Virus record (IMG/VR): IMGVR_UViG_3300026549_000045
Location: 1-64,000 of that record
Strand: one strand, 5' to 3'
DNA from: a virus
Taxonomy: Duplodnaviria > Caudoviricetes
DNA length: 64,000 nucleotides
Part shown: positions 1-8,699 of the stretch, piece after piece
How the letters are laid out: every line of letters starts with the position of its first letter
How positions within the stretch are numbered: the stretch's first letter is position 1
The notes under the pieces: model-generated
What the model saw: the letters and a program-made list of their open reading frames with translations, nothing else
The model's database searches: none
Told to the model about the DNA's origin: nothing
Translations under genes and position numbers: made by a program

Positions 1-1212
1 TTCACGACGAGCGGTATAGCAACGATGTAGCTTCTTAGGCTCCGAAGAGCGGTCGTCCACCAGAGGTTGCTCCACAGGCGTAACTTTCCTTCGTACCGAA
101 GGTAGGGTCTCGTTGTCACAGAGACCAAAGTGTTTGATGTTGATGGCTGCGTTCAAGTCGCGGTCGTGGTGTGTACCACACTCAGGACACGTCCACTCAC
201 GCTCGCTTAATGTCAGCCCTTTGTAGATGTGGCCACAATGGCTGCATCGCTTAGACGATGGCGCAAAGCGGTCAATCTTTATCAAGTTCTTACCAGCCCA
301 GGCGCACTTGTATTCCAGTTGGCGGTAGAACTCACCAATGGCTGCATCCTGTACGCTATAGGCCAGATGCTTGTTTCTTGCCATACCTTTCACATTCAGG
401 TCTTCCACACAGATCGTCGTTGCTTGGTTCTCGCTGGCGAGATAGTGTGTCAGTTTGTGGATGCGGTCGGTACGGCGGTTGGCTACACGCTCATGTAGCC
501 TGGCTATGCGACGCTTCAAGATGCGGAACTGTCGGCTGCCTTTCTCCTTTTTTGAAAGTTGGCGTTGCAGCAGCTTTAGTTTGCGCTTCTCATGCTTGGC
601 CTCGCGAGTAGGTTCGTAGGTCTGCCCATCGCTCAGAACGGAAAAGTGCATCAGGCCGGTATCTATACCCAGCGTCTTCTCGGGGTCGATGGTTGCCTTC
701 TCAGGCAGAGCATGACCGTCATCAACGAGGATGCTGATGCGATACTTACCAGACGGCAGCAGCTCTACACCTACCTGCTTGATGCGTCCACTAAAACGGC
801 GGTGGAACACGCAGGGTATATCTTTTATCTTAGGGATGGTAATCAGCCCATGCTTGAAGTCGGCTTTTATAGCCCCTCTGTCGTGATAACTCTGCCGATG
901 ATGCTTGCTGCGGAAGTTCGGATATCTGGCATGGCCCGCAAAGAAATTATCGTATGCACGGTAGAGGTCGGCAATGGCAAACTCAACGGCCTTAGAACTT
1001 ACCTCTGCCAACCACGGCGCAACTTCCCTCAACTCATGCACGGAACGGCTCTTCATATCAAACTCACTGATATTCTCGCCACCTTCCTTATAGGCTTTCT
1101 CCCTGAGACTACGCGCCCAGTTATACACATAGCGGCAGCAGCCGAAGGTCTTGGCAAGCATGACCTTCTGCTCCTCTGTCGGGTAGATGCGATATTTATA
1201 GGCGCGTAACAT
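1..1212 (-). CDS. tnpB: TnpB RNA-guided endonuclease (IS200/IS605 family), 3' end runs off the window
   Basis: Manual minus-strand translation from ATG at 1212: MLRAYKYRIYPTEEQ; RuvC-I LGIDTG, RuvC-II ICVEDLNVKGM, Zn finger CSHCG...WTCPECG, RuvC-III HDRDLNAAINI. There is no stop before position 1, so it is missing from the ORF track. Confidence 0.95.
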   Translation of the reverse strand, partial: MLRAYKYRIYPTEEQKVMLAKTFGCCRYVYNWARSLREKAYKEGGENISEFDMKSRSVHELREVAPWLAEVSSKAVEFAIADLYRAYDNFFAGHARYPNFRSKHHRQSYHDRGAIKADFKHGLITIPKIKDIPCVFHRRFSGRIKQVGVELLPSGKYRISILVDDGHALPEKATIDPEKTLGIDTGLMHFSVLSDGQTYEPTREAKHEKRKLKLLQRQLSKKEKGSRQFRILKRRIARLHERVANRRTDRIHKLTHYLASENQATTICVEDLNVKGMARNKHLAYSVQDAAIGEFYRQLEYKCAWAGKNLIKIDRFAPSSKRCSHCGHIYKGLTLSEREWTCPECGTHHDRDLNAAINIKHFGLCDNETLPSVRRKVTPVEQPLVDDRSSEPKKLHRCYTARRE

Positions 1213-1225
1213 TATAATCTTTTGA

Positions 1226-1507
1226 TTATCCTACCATCTGTGCAAATGGTTTCAGCATGTGAAGGTACTCCCGAATGGTTTGCATGAACATTGTGATGTC
1301 GTCGGTCTTGAAGGACAGCTCATCCTTGCCGTGACTGTTAACCATCTGTCGCTTGGCTAACTCCATCAGACCAACGATCTGCGTCTGGGCGCTGAACATC
1401 AGTTCCAGGTCGTCCTCATAACTCACTCCCTCAAAGTAGTCAGTAATGGACTTGACCGCCTCATTAATCTTTTGCTGGCTTTCCAGCATACCTTTCATGT
1501 TACTCAT
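1226..1507 (-). CDS. Hypothetical 93-aa helical protein, co-oriented 13 nt upstream of tnpB
   Basis: ORF lies downstream of a promoter and leader; no HUH or serine-recombinase motif. Confidence 0.7.
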   Translation of the reverse strand: MSNMKGMLESQQKINEAVKSITDYFEGVSYEDDLELMFSAQTQIVGLMELAKRQMVNSHGKDELSFKTDDITMFMQTIREYLHMLKPFAQMVG

Positions 1508-1530
1508 ATCTTAGAAGTTTTGTCAAATAT

Positions 1531-1609
1531 GGGACAGCACTTCGCGTTGACATGGCCTTCTAAGCAAAGCCACCTGGGCCTTTCGGCTACCAGACACGGT
1601 TACTGCCCC
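1531..1609 (-). ncRNA. C4/CI-like antisense RNA in the leader of the 93-aa/tnpB operon
   Basis: Minus strand folds GGGGCAG...CUGUCCC around a GAAA-tetraloop hairpin and a hairpin exposing GCUUAG. It is complementary to the 15-bp direct repeats at 1510-1524 and 1676-1690. Confidence 0.6.
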
Positions 1610-1694
1610 AATGGGTTTTATTCCTCAATGTGTGGATACAAAAATAGCCGCACGGCGGCGGCAACTCTCGTACCGCTTAGAAGTTTTGTCGATG

Positions 1695-1726
1695 CAAAGA
1701 TAAGCATTATTCTTGATTCCACCAAA
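1695..1726 (-). promoter_or_regulatory. Bacteroidetes sigma70 promoter for the 93-aa/tnpB operon
   Basis: TTTG (-33) and TATCTTTG (-7) on the minus strand. Confidence 0.75.
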
Positions 1727-1766
1727 CATTTTCACCATTTTTTTTGCAAATAGGGTAGGGCAGTCG

Positions 1767-2301
1767 GTCGAAGATTCCCAACTTGCGGTCGAAGAAACCC
1801 AACTCGCTTGGAAGCGTTTATCAAAATTTAATCCTTTCATGGTACCGAAATAACAAATCTCTCCAGGCTTGATACGAATCTTCGACCGGAAAATGGCTGA
1901 TATCCTACTGCCTATGGGCGTTCCCGACATATATACACTCTAACTTCTTCTTTATCAGTCGGAAAAAACCAACTCACAAAGATTATTTGTTTGTTGGTTT
2001 TCCTCATTTACAAGAACCAATTAAATAGAGTATTTATATATTTACGGATGGCGAAACCGCCTAACACACAATAAGTTACGTTTTATTTCGGTCGAACAAT
2101 AACAACAACCAGTCGAAGAAACCCAACTTAGTGGTCGAACATTCCCAACTTGCAGTCGGAGATATCCAACAGAAAGTCGGGCAAAACCAACTTTTAGTCG
2201 AAGAAACACAACTCGGTCGGAGATTTACAACTCGCAGTCGGAAAAAACCAAGTCCTTTACTTTGGTCGGAAAAACCCAACTTGCGGTCGAAGAAACCCAA
2301 C
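1767..2301 (+). repeat. Iteron array / plasmid-type replication origin
   Basis: 13 copies of GTCG-N8-CAA(C) (consensus GTCGRAGAAACCCAAC) starting at 1767, 1788, 1958, 2091, 2112, 2134, 2155, 2176, 2197, 2216, 2237, 2265, 2286. Spacing is mostly 21 bp, there is an AT-rich tract at ~1975-2045, and the array lies upstream of rep. Confidence 0.85.
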
Positions 2302-2336
2302 ATTACGCATTTTTAACGCATCTTTTTCCGAAAACA

Positions 2337-2368
2337 TTTGGAACTTTCAGAAATAATTCTTACCTTTG
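2337..2368 (+). promoter_or_regulatory. rep promoter
   Basis: TTTG...TACCTTTG Bacteroidetes consensus next to the iterons. Confidence 0.75.
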
Positions 2369-2563
2369 CCCTCGCTACAAACATAATGTTAAACCTCTCT
2401 GTGTGACGTGGACGGACTGTAACTCCATCGTATCATACATCGAATAAAGATAGGCGGCAGCCTGTTTCCCCACTGTCAGCAGAGGTCGAAGTGTTTGTAG
2501 CAGAACGCATAAGGGCTGCCGCCTTTGTTCTGCTGCGACCTCCGACATAAAGATTGCAAGACA

Positions 2564-3478
2564 ATGGAAGAAAAGAAACAAACCACCCAGAGTCAGCCGA
2601 CGGCACAGCCCGCCGACGCGAAGAACCTGCCCATGCGCTACATCAGGCAGCCGTACCCCATCTCGGCTATCCAGGCCGATCTCTCCACTCAGCAGATACG
2701 TATTCTCGTCGGCATGATGCAGAGCGTGCAGGATGGCGTGCAGGCCATGTTCGAGCGCGGGCCCGTAGACGGTCAGCTGCAGTTGTTTCCCGACATGCAG
2801 GACGACCGTGTTAACATCGACTTTAAGTTCAGCGACGTCGTTGATCGTCCTGATGCCTATCGCGATGTGGAGCGCGTGGCTAAGAAGTTCATGGAGATGG
2901 TCTTCCGCTACGAAGACAAGCAGAAGGGCGAAGTAAGCCTGTCGCACTTTGTCGACGAAATCACCTATCCCTCCCGTGGAAGCAAGCGCGACAAGATTCG
3001 CTTCACCTTCACCAAGAAGCAAGCCCAGGCCGTCTTCAACTTCACCATGTACAGCCGCTATCTCCTGCCCGTAGTCACCTCTTCCAAGAGCAAGCACACC
3101 GCCCGTCTCTACATGCTTATTACCTCCGCACGTGGGTTCGAGCGAGACGACTCCGGCATCTTCCACTGGTATGTAACCTACGAAGAGCTGCGCCGTATTC
3201 TCGGCTGTGACGACAAGGACGAGCACGATCGCTGGTACCGCAAGTCTCAGAAGCTCTACAAGCATTTCAAGTCCGATGTGCTGCGTACCGCCCAGCGTGA
3301 ATTGAAAGCCCTTGCAGATGAAGGGAAGAGCGACTGTTGGTTTGACTTCACCGAACTGCCGGAAGGTTTCGACGGTGAACCTCTTCGCTTCGACTTCCTC
3401 GTACATCTGAACGATGTCAAGAAGCCCATCGAGAAGAAAGAGCCTGAGCAGGAAACAATGCCAATGTGGGGAGAGTAG
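2564..3478 (+). CDS. Rep_3-family (RepB-type) replication initiator
   Basis: Motifs SKSKHTARLYMLI, YEELRRILG and YKHFKSDVLRTAQREL..DCWFDF, typical of Bacteroidales winged-helix Rep proteins; adjacent iterons. Confidence 0.85.
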   Translation: MEEKKQTTQSQPTAQPADAKNLPMRYIRQPYPISAIQADLSTQQIRILVGMMQSVQDGVQAMFERGPVDGQLQLFPDMQDDRVNIDFKFSDVVDRPDAYRDVERVAKKFMEMVFRYEDKQKGEVSLSHFVDEITYPSRGSKRDKIRFTFTKKQAQAVFNFTMYSRYLLPVVTSSKSKHTARLYMLITSARGFERDDSGIFHWYVTYEELRRILGCDDKDEHDRWYRKSQKLYKHFKSDVLRTAQRELKALADEGKSDCWFDFTELPEGFDGEPLRFDFLVHLNDVKKPIEKKEPEQETMPMWGE

Positions 3479-3481
3479 GTT

Positions 3482-4387
3482 ATGGAAAACGATTATAGCA
3501 AACTTTGGGAAGACAGCCTCGCGATGATCCGCGAGAAGTACGGCGACAAGTTCCGGCAGTGGTTCGACGTATGGTTTGGTGATGTGCGCTTCGAGAGCTA
3601 CGCCCCCGACACGCACGTGCTGCTTATTCAGGTGCCGTCAAAGTACGTCTATGAGTTTCAGGAGATGAACGGTGCCAAGGATATCCGCTGGGCCACGAAG
3701 GAAGTCTTTAAGACTGACATCATACTGAAGTACCGTATTCTGGAGCCACGACGCGAGCCTGACTTTGCACAGGTTGCAGATTACCTGCGCCAGCAGGGAT
3801 GCACCGTTGGTACCGAACGTCCACACTTCAGGATTGCCGATGCTGAGAAGCGAATGCGCGACGGCCTGCGTTATTTCCTGGGCCACGACGGCCAATGGTT
3901 GCCAGCTTACGACAAGGTGGCCACCTGGCTCTCCGACAACAAGGGTAGGGGATTGGTCTGCATCGGTTACAGCGGTACGGGTAAGACGCTGTTGTGTACC
4001 AAGGTGCTGCCTGTCATCCTCGGCTATAAGAGCATCGTACAGTGTCCCGCCAAAGAAATGACGTTACGCAATGGCAATGTAGAGCGCATCGACGAGCTGC
4101 TGAAGGCGAAGTGTATCATCATCGACGGACTGGGCACTGAGTCTGTCGAGACCAACTACTACGGTCGCCGCCGCCGTCCTTTCGAGGAATTGTGTGACGC
4201 AGCAGAGCACGATGGCAAGCTGCTTATCATCACCACCAACTGCCTCTCTACGAAACCCATGCCCGACACGTGGGCTGGTAAGTCGCAGTTCCCCACATCC
4301 TTTGAGGAATACTATGGCCAGAACGTCATCAACCGCTTGAAGTCCATCACCACCACCGTCCTCTTCTCAGGACCCAATCTCTGGTAA
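3482..4387 (+). CDS. DnaA N-terminal-like domain fused to a DnaC/IstB-like AAA+ ATPase (helicase loader)
   Basis: N-terminus LWEDSLAMIRE..WFDVWF..LLIQVPSKYVYE resembles DnaA domain I; Walker A GYSGTGKT, Walker B IIIDGLGTE, IITTN, NRL. Confidence 0.75.
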   Translation: MENDYSKLWEDSLAMIREKYGDKFRQWFDVWFGDVRFESYAPDTHVLLIQVPSKYVYEFQEMNGAKDIRWATKEVFKTDIILKYRILEPRREPDFAQVADYLRQQGCTVGTERPHFRIADAEKRMRDGLRYFLGHDGQWLPAYDKVATWLSDNKGRGLVCIGYSGTGKTLLCTKVLPVILGYKSIVQCPAKEMTLRNGNVERIDELLKAKCIIIDGLGTESVETNYYGRRRRPFEELCDAAEHDGKLLIITTNCLSTKPMPDTWAGKSQFPTSFEEYYGQNVINRLKSITTTVLFSGPNLW

Positions 4388-4987
4388 TCACTTCTCGCGC
4401 AGCAAGCGACGCTGCCACTCACGGCGCATGGGCTCTGCATAGACGTCGGGCGTGTCGGTGTCACGGCAGAACGCCTCTATCATGTCTATCTGGGCGTACT
4501 TCTCGTCACGGTGCTCTCTGGCATATCTGTCGGCATAGTCGCTGACGGCCTGCCAGAACGCCTCTCTCAGGATGCGCTGTATGACCTTCGCCTGCTTCAT
4601 GCCGAAGTTCACGTCCAGCGTCCACGGACGCAGCACGCCGCTCCTGGTCATGCACAGCCTGGGACACTCGATGGGCAAGTACTGCAGCAGACTTTCCTTT
4701 GTCGCTCCGTAGCTCTCCTCTATCGCCGTTGGATCAATCCTCATGCCGGCATCCAGCGCATTGCGGAACGTGGCCGAGATGGAGTTGCCAATAGGTCCGT
4801 TCCCCATCGGCTCGTTGGCCGTCTCCAGGCGCAGCGCACGTCTGGCTCCCGGCAGGTGCTGAATGCTCACCACCTTCCAGTCCTTCACCATTGCGCCACC
4901 GCCGAGTTCGTGCTGAACCCAACCTTGGATAAAGTCCGTTACTTTCAGCCAGCAGATAGCCGGTGCTCTGTATTGCCGTTCGCTCAT
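4388..4987 (-). CDS. Hypothetical protein
   Basis: ~200-aa ORF convergent with the loader gene; TAATTTTG -7 box at 5021-5014. Confidence 0.7.
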   Translation of the reverse strand: MSERQYRAPAICWLKVTDFIQGWVQHELGGGAMVKDWKVVSIQHLPGARRALRLETANEPMGNGPIGNSISATFRNALDAGMRIDPTAIEESYGATKESLLQYLPIECPRLCMTRSGVLRPWTLDVNFGMKQAKVIQRILREAFWQAVSDYADRYAREHRDEKYAQIDMIEAFCRDTDTPDVYAEPMRREWQRRLLREK

Positions 4988-5611
4988 TATCAATCCATTA
5001 CGCCTTCACGGTGCAAAATTACGAAATTTCAGCGAGCAAAAAGAAACTTTCGCCATTTATCAGAAATCACCCGAATTTCCCTGTTTTCACCTCAAAAAAA
5101 TAACTGTTCTGATAAATTTACGAAACTGGTGAGTATCAGTAAGTTAGCAGCCAAAACACAGCGAAAAACAGCCCTCCGAGTTATTTTCTTCCTGATAACT
5201 TGCAACCGCCTGACATTCAAGTCGTTGCGAAGTCGAAAAAGTGTATTTATCAAAAAATCGCGTTTTTCGGCGAAACTCAGAAATTTTTCTAAAACTCTCT
5301 GAAATTCCTGTATTCTTTCTCATTCATCAAGCAACGCGCACGTCTCTCCCTTACACCCACAATAAGTAAAACAAATATATACAAATAAAATAAATGACTG
5401 ATAATCAATAAATTATATATTATATATAGCTCGTTATTTTTCTTTTTTGGAACACTTATCCCACCAAGGAAATCAAAAATAACCCCGATTTTTTCGGATA
5501 AATAATTGATAATCAGCGCGTTAGGAGTTTATAAATGATTTTGCAACTATCTGATAACCTGATAACTCCTTAACAAAATTTTTTGCCGCCGCGCAGATAA
5601 CTCCCTCAAAA

Positions 5612-5643
5612 TTTGCACGTTACGCGAAAATCACCTAACTTTG
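5612..5643 (+). promoter_or_regulatory. Promoter of the intergenic sRNA
   Basis: TTTG...TAACTTTG with no ORF before the terminator at 5837-5883. Confidence 0.7.
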
Positions 5644-5649
5644 CGCCGG

Positions 5650-5883
5650 ATTTAGTGGTCTGATAACTGAAAAGCTTTTTTCATACGGCGTCGCGATGAC
5701 GAAAGGTACGAGCCGTGAGGCGTACAGGTTTCAATTTTTTGATTTGTTTTAGTAGATTAGTTTTTAAGTAGTTTGTTTTTAAACAGAAGAAACTGCAGGT
5801 TATACATCCCTGCACTGGGTGTTTACTTACTCACCCGCACCGTCGTCCCGTTGTAGCTTTGTGGGTGGCGGTGCTTCTTTTTA
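5650..5883 (+). ncRNA. Putative trans-acting antisense sRNA (~230 nt)
   Basis: Bounded by a promoter and an intrinsic terminator; contains several hairpins; terminator loop GUUGUAGCUUUGU is complementary to four gene starts. Confidence 0.7.
5837..5883 (+). terminator. Intrinsic terminator
   Basis: GCACCGTCGTCCC / GGGTGGCGGTGC stem followed by TTCTTTTT. Confidence 0.75.
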
Positions 5884-5953
5884 TGTTCCAACCAACATTT
5901 GCCCTTGATGCGGCGAGCGGCAAATATTATCTTTGTATCAAAACCCAATAGTT

Positions 5954-6697
5954 ATGATGAGACCATTCTACTTTGATCCTCTCGACCCAATGGGCCAGTA
6001 TTATTACGACCCGCTGCCTGAGCACCCGACGAAAGAAGAGCTGGAGGAGTACCAGCGCATGACGATGAAGATGCTACGCAACACCATCATCGGCTTCTTC
6101 GTTCTGCTTGCGGCCTTTGCCATTTGTTCGGTGTTCAGTTCCTGCGCCACGCAGAAGCAGGAGCATCAGGAGCAGACCCATGTTGTCGTTACCGATTCTG
6201 GCGCTACCGAGCATAGCCAGGCCGTACATGTCAGCAATCAGACTGTCAACATCGACTCCATTATTACTGCCGTCATGCAGCGCACACGCGAGGAGTTCGC
6301 CCGTCAGGAACAGGAGCATGAGATCGTGACAGAGACGCTGACGGAGACCGTCGATTCGCTGGGCCGTGTGGTCCGCCAGCAGCAGAAGACCACCGACCGC
6401 ACTCTCTCGCGCCAGGAGCAGCAGCGCATCGAGCGTCTGGAGCAGACCTTCGAGCAGCAGATCCACCTTGCCATCCGTGAGCACGACTCCATCTGGCAGG
6501 ACCGCTTTGCCCAGTACGAGGCCACGATGACCGACTCCCTGCAGTCCGTGCGCGACATGCAGCGTCAGACCAGCGCCACCAACCCCCTCACATGGTGGCA
6601 GCAGTTCCGTCTGCATCTGGTCAACATCGCCCTCTACGCCCTCATTATCATTGGCGTCATCTGGCTCATCCGCAAGAAATTTGGCAAATCCGTGTAA
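5954..6697 (+). CDS. Lipoprotein with C-terminal TM helix (unimolecular-spanin-like architecture)
   Basis: Hydrophobic segment ending in lipobox VFSS-C, coiled-coil middle, C-terminal TM IALYALIIIGVIWLI-RKK. A -7 box at 5928-5935 argues against the TTG start at 5933. Confidence 0.6.
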   Translation: MMRPFYFDPLDPMGQYYYDPLPEHPTKEELEEYQRMTMKMLRNTIIGFFVLLAAFAICSVFSSCATQKQEHQEQTHVVVTDSGATEHSQAVHVSNQTVNIDSIITAVMQRTREEFARQEQEHEIVTETLTETVDSLGRVVRQQQKTTDRTLSRQEQQRIERLEQTFEQQIHLAIREHDSIWQDRFAQYEATMTDSLQSVRDMQRQTSATNPLTWWQQFRLHLVNIALYALIIIGVIWLIRKKFGKSV

Positions 6698-6700
6698 TCC

Positions 6701-7024
6701 GTGAAATCCGTGGTCAAGCAATTAGCCCTTTCCGAGCTCCGACGTGTCGCCGAGAAGACGCGCCTTGTCAAGGTCAAGGTGCCCGACGGCAAAGGCGGCT
6801 TCACGCTGAAGGAGGTGCTGGAGCGCGTCCCTTGGCGCGTGTGGTACGTCGCTTCCCAGAATGGCGACGTCATCCGTGGGCTGGAGTGTGTCACCCTGGC
6901 TGTCGATGTCGATGGCCCCGGTGCCTATCCCTCGCGCCTGGTGCAGTTCATCGCCAGCGGCCAGACCCGCCGCCTGCGCGACTGCTGCATCCTACAGGCA
7001 GACGACTTCAAGTTAGTGATATAA
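6701..7024 (+). CDS. Hypothetical phage protein
   Basis: Tightly packed ORF in the operon. Confidence 0.7.
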   Translation: MKSVVKQLALSELRRVAEKTRLVKVKVPDGKGGFTLKEVLERVPWRVWYVASQNGDVIRGLECVTLAVDVDGPGAYPSRLVQFIASGQTRRLRDCCILQADDFKLVI

Positions 7025-7034
7025 AGTTTCAGGT

Positions 7035-7517
7035 ATGTTTCCACAACAGTATCTCAAGAAAATAGCTTCTGCCGTATCCAAGCGTTCCGGCATCTGTCAG
7101 GCCACCGTAGAGCAGGTGCTGCCTGCCTTCATCGACGAGGTACGCTTCCAGCTCACCGAAGGCAAGCTCAGTGTACCCATCGACAGTTTCGGCACCTTTG
7201 CCCTCATCGACATTCCCGAGCGTCAGCATCTCTATACGTACAAGGGAGCCAACGAGTTGCGCACCCTGCCGCCCAAGAAGAAGCTGAAGTTTGCCCCAGC
7301 CCGCAGCTTCCGTCGTGAACTGGAGGCCGGTGTCTTCGATGCCAGTCGCAAGTCGTTCTGTCGTCACCCCAAAGACCCCATCCTGCGCAACCGCGCCCAG
7401 ATGGCTTATCGTGCCGACCGCAAGGACCAGATCAATAAAGGTGCTACCAAATTTTTGAAGCCCACCACAGATGACACGGATGACACGGATGACGAGGACA
7501 TGAAACATGAACTCTGA
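7035..7517 (+). CDS. HU/IHF-family DNA-binding protein
   Basis: IASAVSKRSGI..VEQVL..FIDEV..SFGTF..LPPKKKLKFAP. Confidence 0.8.
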   Translation: MFPQQYLKKIASAVSKRSGICQATVEQVLPAFIDEVRFQLTEGKLSVPIDSFGTFALIDIPERQHLYTYKGANELRTLPPKKKLKFAPARSFRRELEAGVFDASRKSFCRHPKDPILRNRAQMAYRADRKDQINKGATKFLKPTTDDTDDTDDEDMKHEL

Positions 7518-7705
7518 ACCCTGAAACCGCCCGTTAGGGCATTTACCGCTTATTTGTCCCAAAGTTTTAGCAAACATTAACAATAATAGATTTTGTGTTT
7601 CTCATACCCGCTAAACAGCACCATCAACCTCAGTGTGGTTTCCGTTGAGAACAAGCGCATGAACTAAACAACCATTCCATATATTAAGCCTTGTGCCATT
7701 TGTCA

Positions 7706-7745
7706 CGGCCTGGCAGTTCGTATGACTGTCGGGCTGTTTCTTTTT
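7706..7745 (+). terminator. Intrinsic terminator
   Basis: CGGCCTGGCAGT / ACTGTCGGGCTG stem followed by TTTCTTTTT. Confidence 0.65.
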
Positions 7746-7782
7746 GCGAGGTAACAAAGAAAGTATAATAAATCTTAAAACA

Positions 7783-7814
7783 TTTGGTAGTAACAAAAAT
7801 AATAATTACTTTTG
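7783..7814 (+). promoter_or_regulatory. Promoter
   Basis: TTTG...TACTTTTG. Confidence 0.7.
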
Positions 7815-7847
7815 CGTCAGATTTCAAACAAAGCTACACGTTAGAAT

Positions 7848-8354
7848 ATGGAAAAAGTAAAAGTCACTCAGGACGTTGTTTATCAGTTTATCACCGATCA
7901 CAATGTCAATCTCTCGGGTATCGCCCGCGAGATGCAGGCCAACCCTACGCTTGTTGCCGGATGCTTCAAGCGCAATGCCGACCGCAACGGTCGTCCTCGC
8001 CACTTCACCGCTCAGACACTGCCCCGTCTGAACGAAGCCCTCGATAAGTTTGCTGCTAACATGCGCCAGAGTGTTGTGGCCTTTGGTAGCGAGCAGACCT
8101 ACACCAACAACCGTGGTGTGACATACGACCCTGGCACCATACCTGCCGTCAAGCAGTTGTCTCAGTACTTCAACCTCACCCAGTTCATTGTGCGCATCCT
8201 CGGCTGGACAGAGAACAAGAAGAACCTGACATTCTCGTCGCCAACGGCTAAGATGTTCGGCTGCATCAGTCAGGATGATGTCAACCGTATCAATGCCGAA
8301 CTGCTTGCCGTGTCTGGAGTGCTCTCCAGCTATGAGGTAGTTGAAGATAGGTAA
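7848..8354 (+). CDS. Putative HTH DNA-binding protein
   Basis: VNLSGIAREMQANPTLVAGCF helix-turn-helix-like segment. Confidence 0.55.
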   Translation: MEKVKVTQDVVYQFITDHNVNLSGIAREMQANPTLVAGCFKRNADRNGRPRHFTAQTLPRLNEALDKFAANMRQSVVAFGSEQTYTNNRGVTYDPGTIPAVKQLSQYFNLTQFIVRILGWTENKKNLTFSSPTAKMFGCISQDDVNRINAELLAVSGVLSSYEVVEDR

Positions 8355-8562
8355 TATTTAGCTTCACGTTTGATGCTTTAAAGCAATCAGCAATAACCCA
8401 GTGCGGGAATATTTGCTGATTGTTTTTTTTTGATTTCTCTACGAAAACATACATTCCAACAAATATTTTTTTTTTGATTCATGCACCTATCGCGACGCGC
8501 ACCCCGCGCCTCGCTGGGCGGCGGAGCCTGCGGATCCGCCGTTCGGACTGGCTGCAAATATG

Positions 8563-8604
8563 CTGCAAAGGGTGCAAAGGTGCAAAGGGTGCAAAGGTGC
8601 AAAA
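8563..8604 (+). repeat. Tandem (G)GTGCAAAG repeats
   Basis: CTGCAAAGGGTGCAAAGGTGCAAAGGGTGCAAAGGTGCAAAA, five TGCAAA cores. Confidence 0.85.
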
Positions 8605-8699
8605 ATAGGAAAGCCCACCAACACCCGCACGATTATAAATAAGGTACGCGATGGAAAGCACAAAAAATGCTGCAAATAACAAAAAAAGTAGTTCATAAA

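Noticed and set aside
229-1209. Plus-strand ORFs of 89, 117 and 205 aa
   Set aside because: They are antisense shadows of tnpB.
1226-1507. TnpA transposase
   Set aside because: No HUH/Y1 or serine-recombinase motifs.
2091-2301. Possible CRISPR array
   Set aside because: Units are degenerate 16-mers with only ~5-nt gaps, there are no unique 30-40-nt spacers and no cas genes. The position before rep fits iterons.
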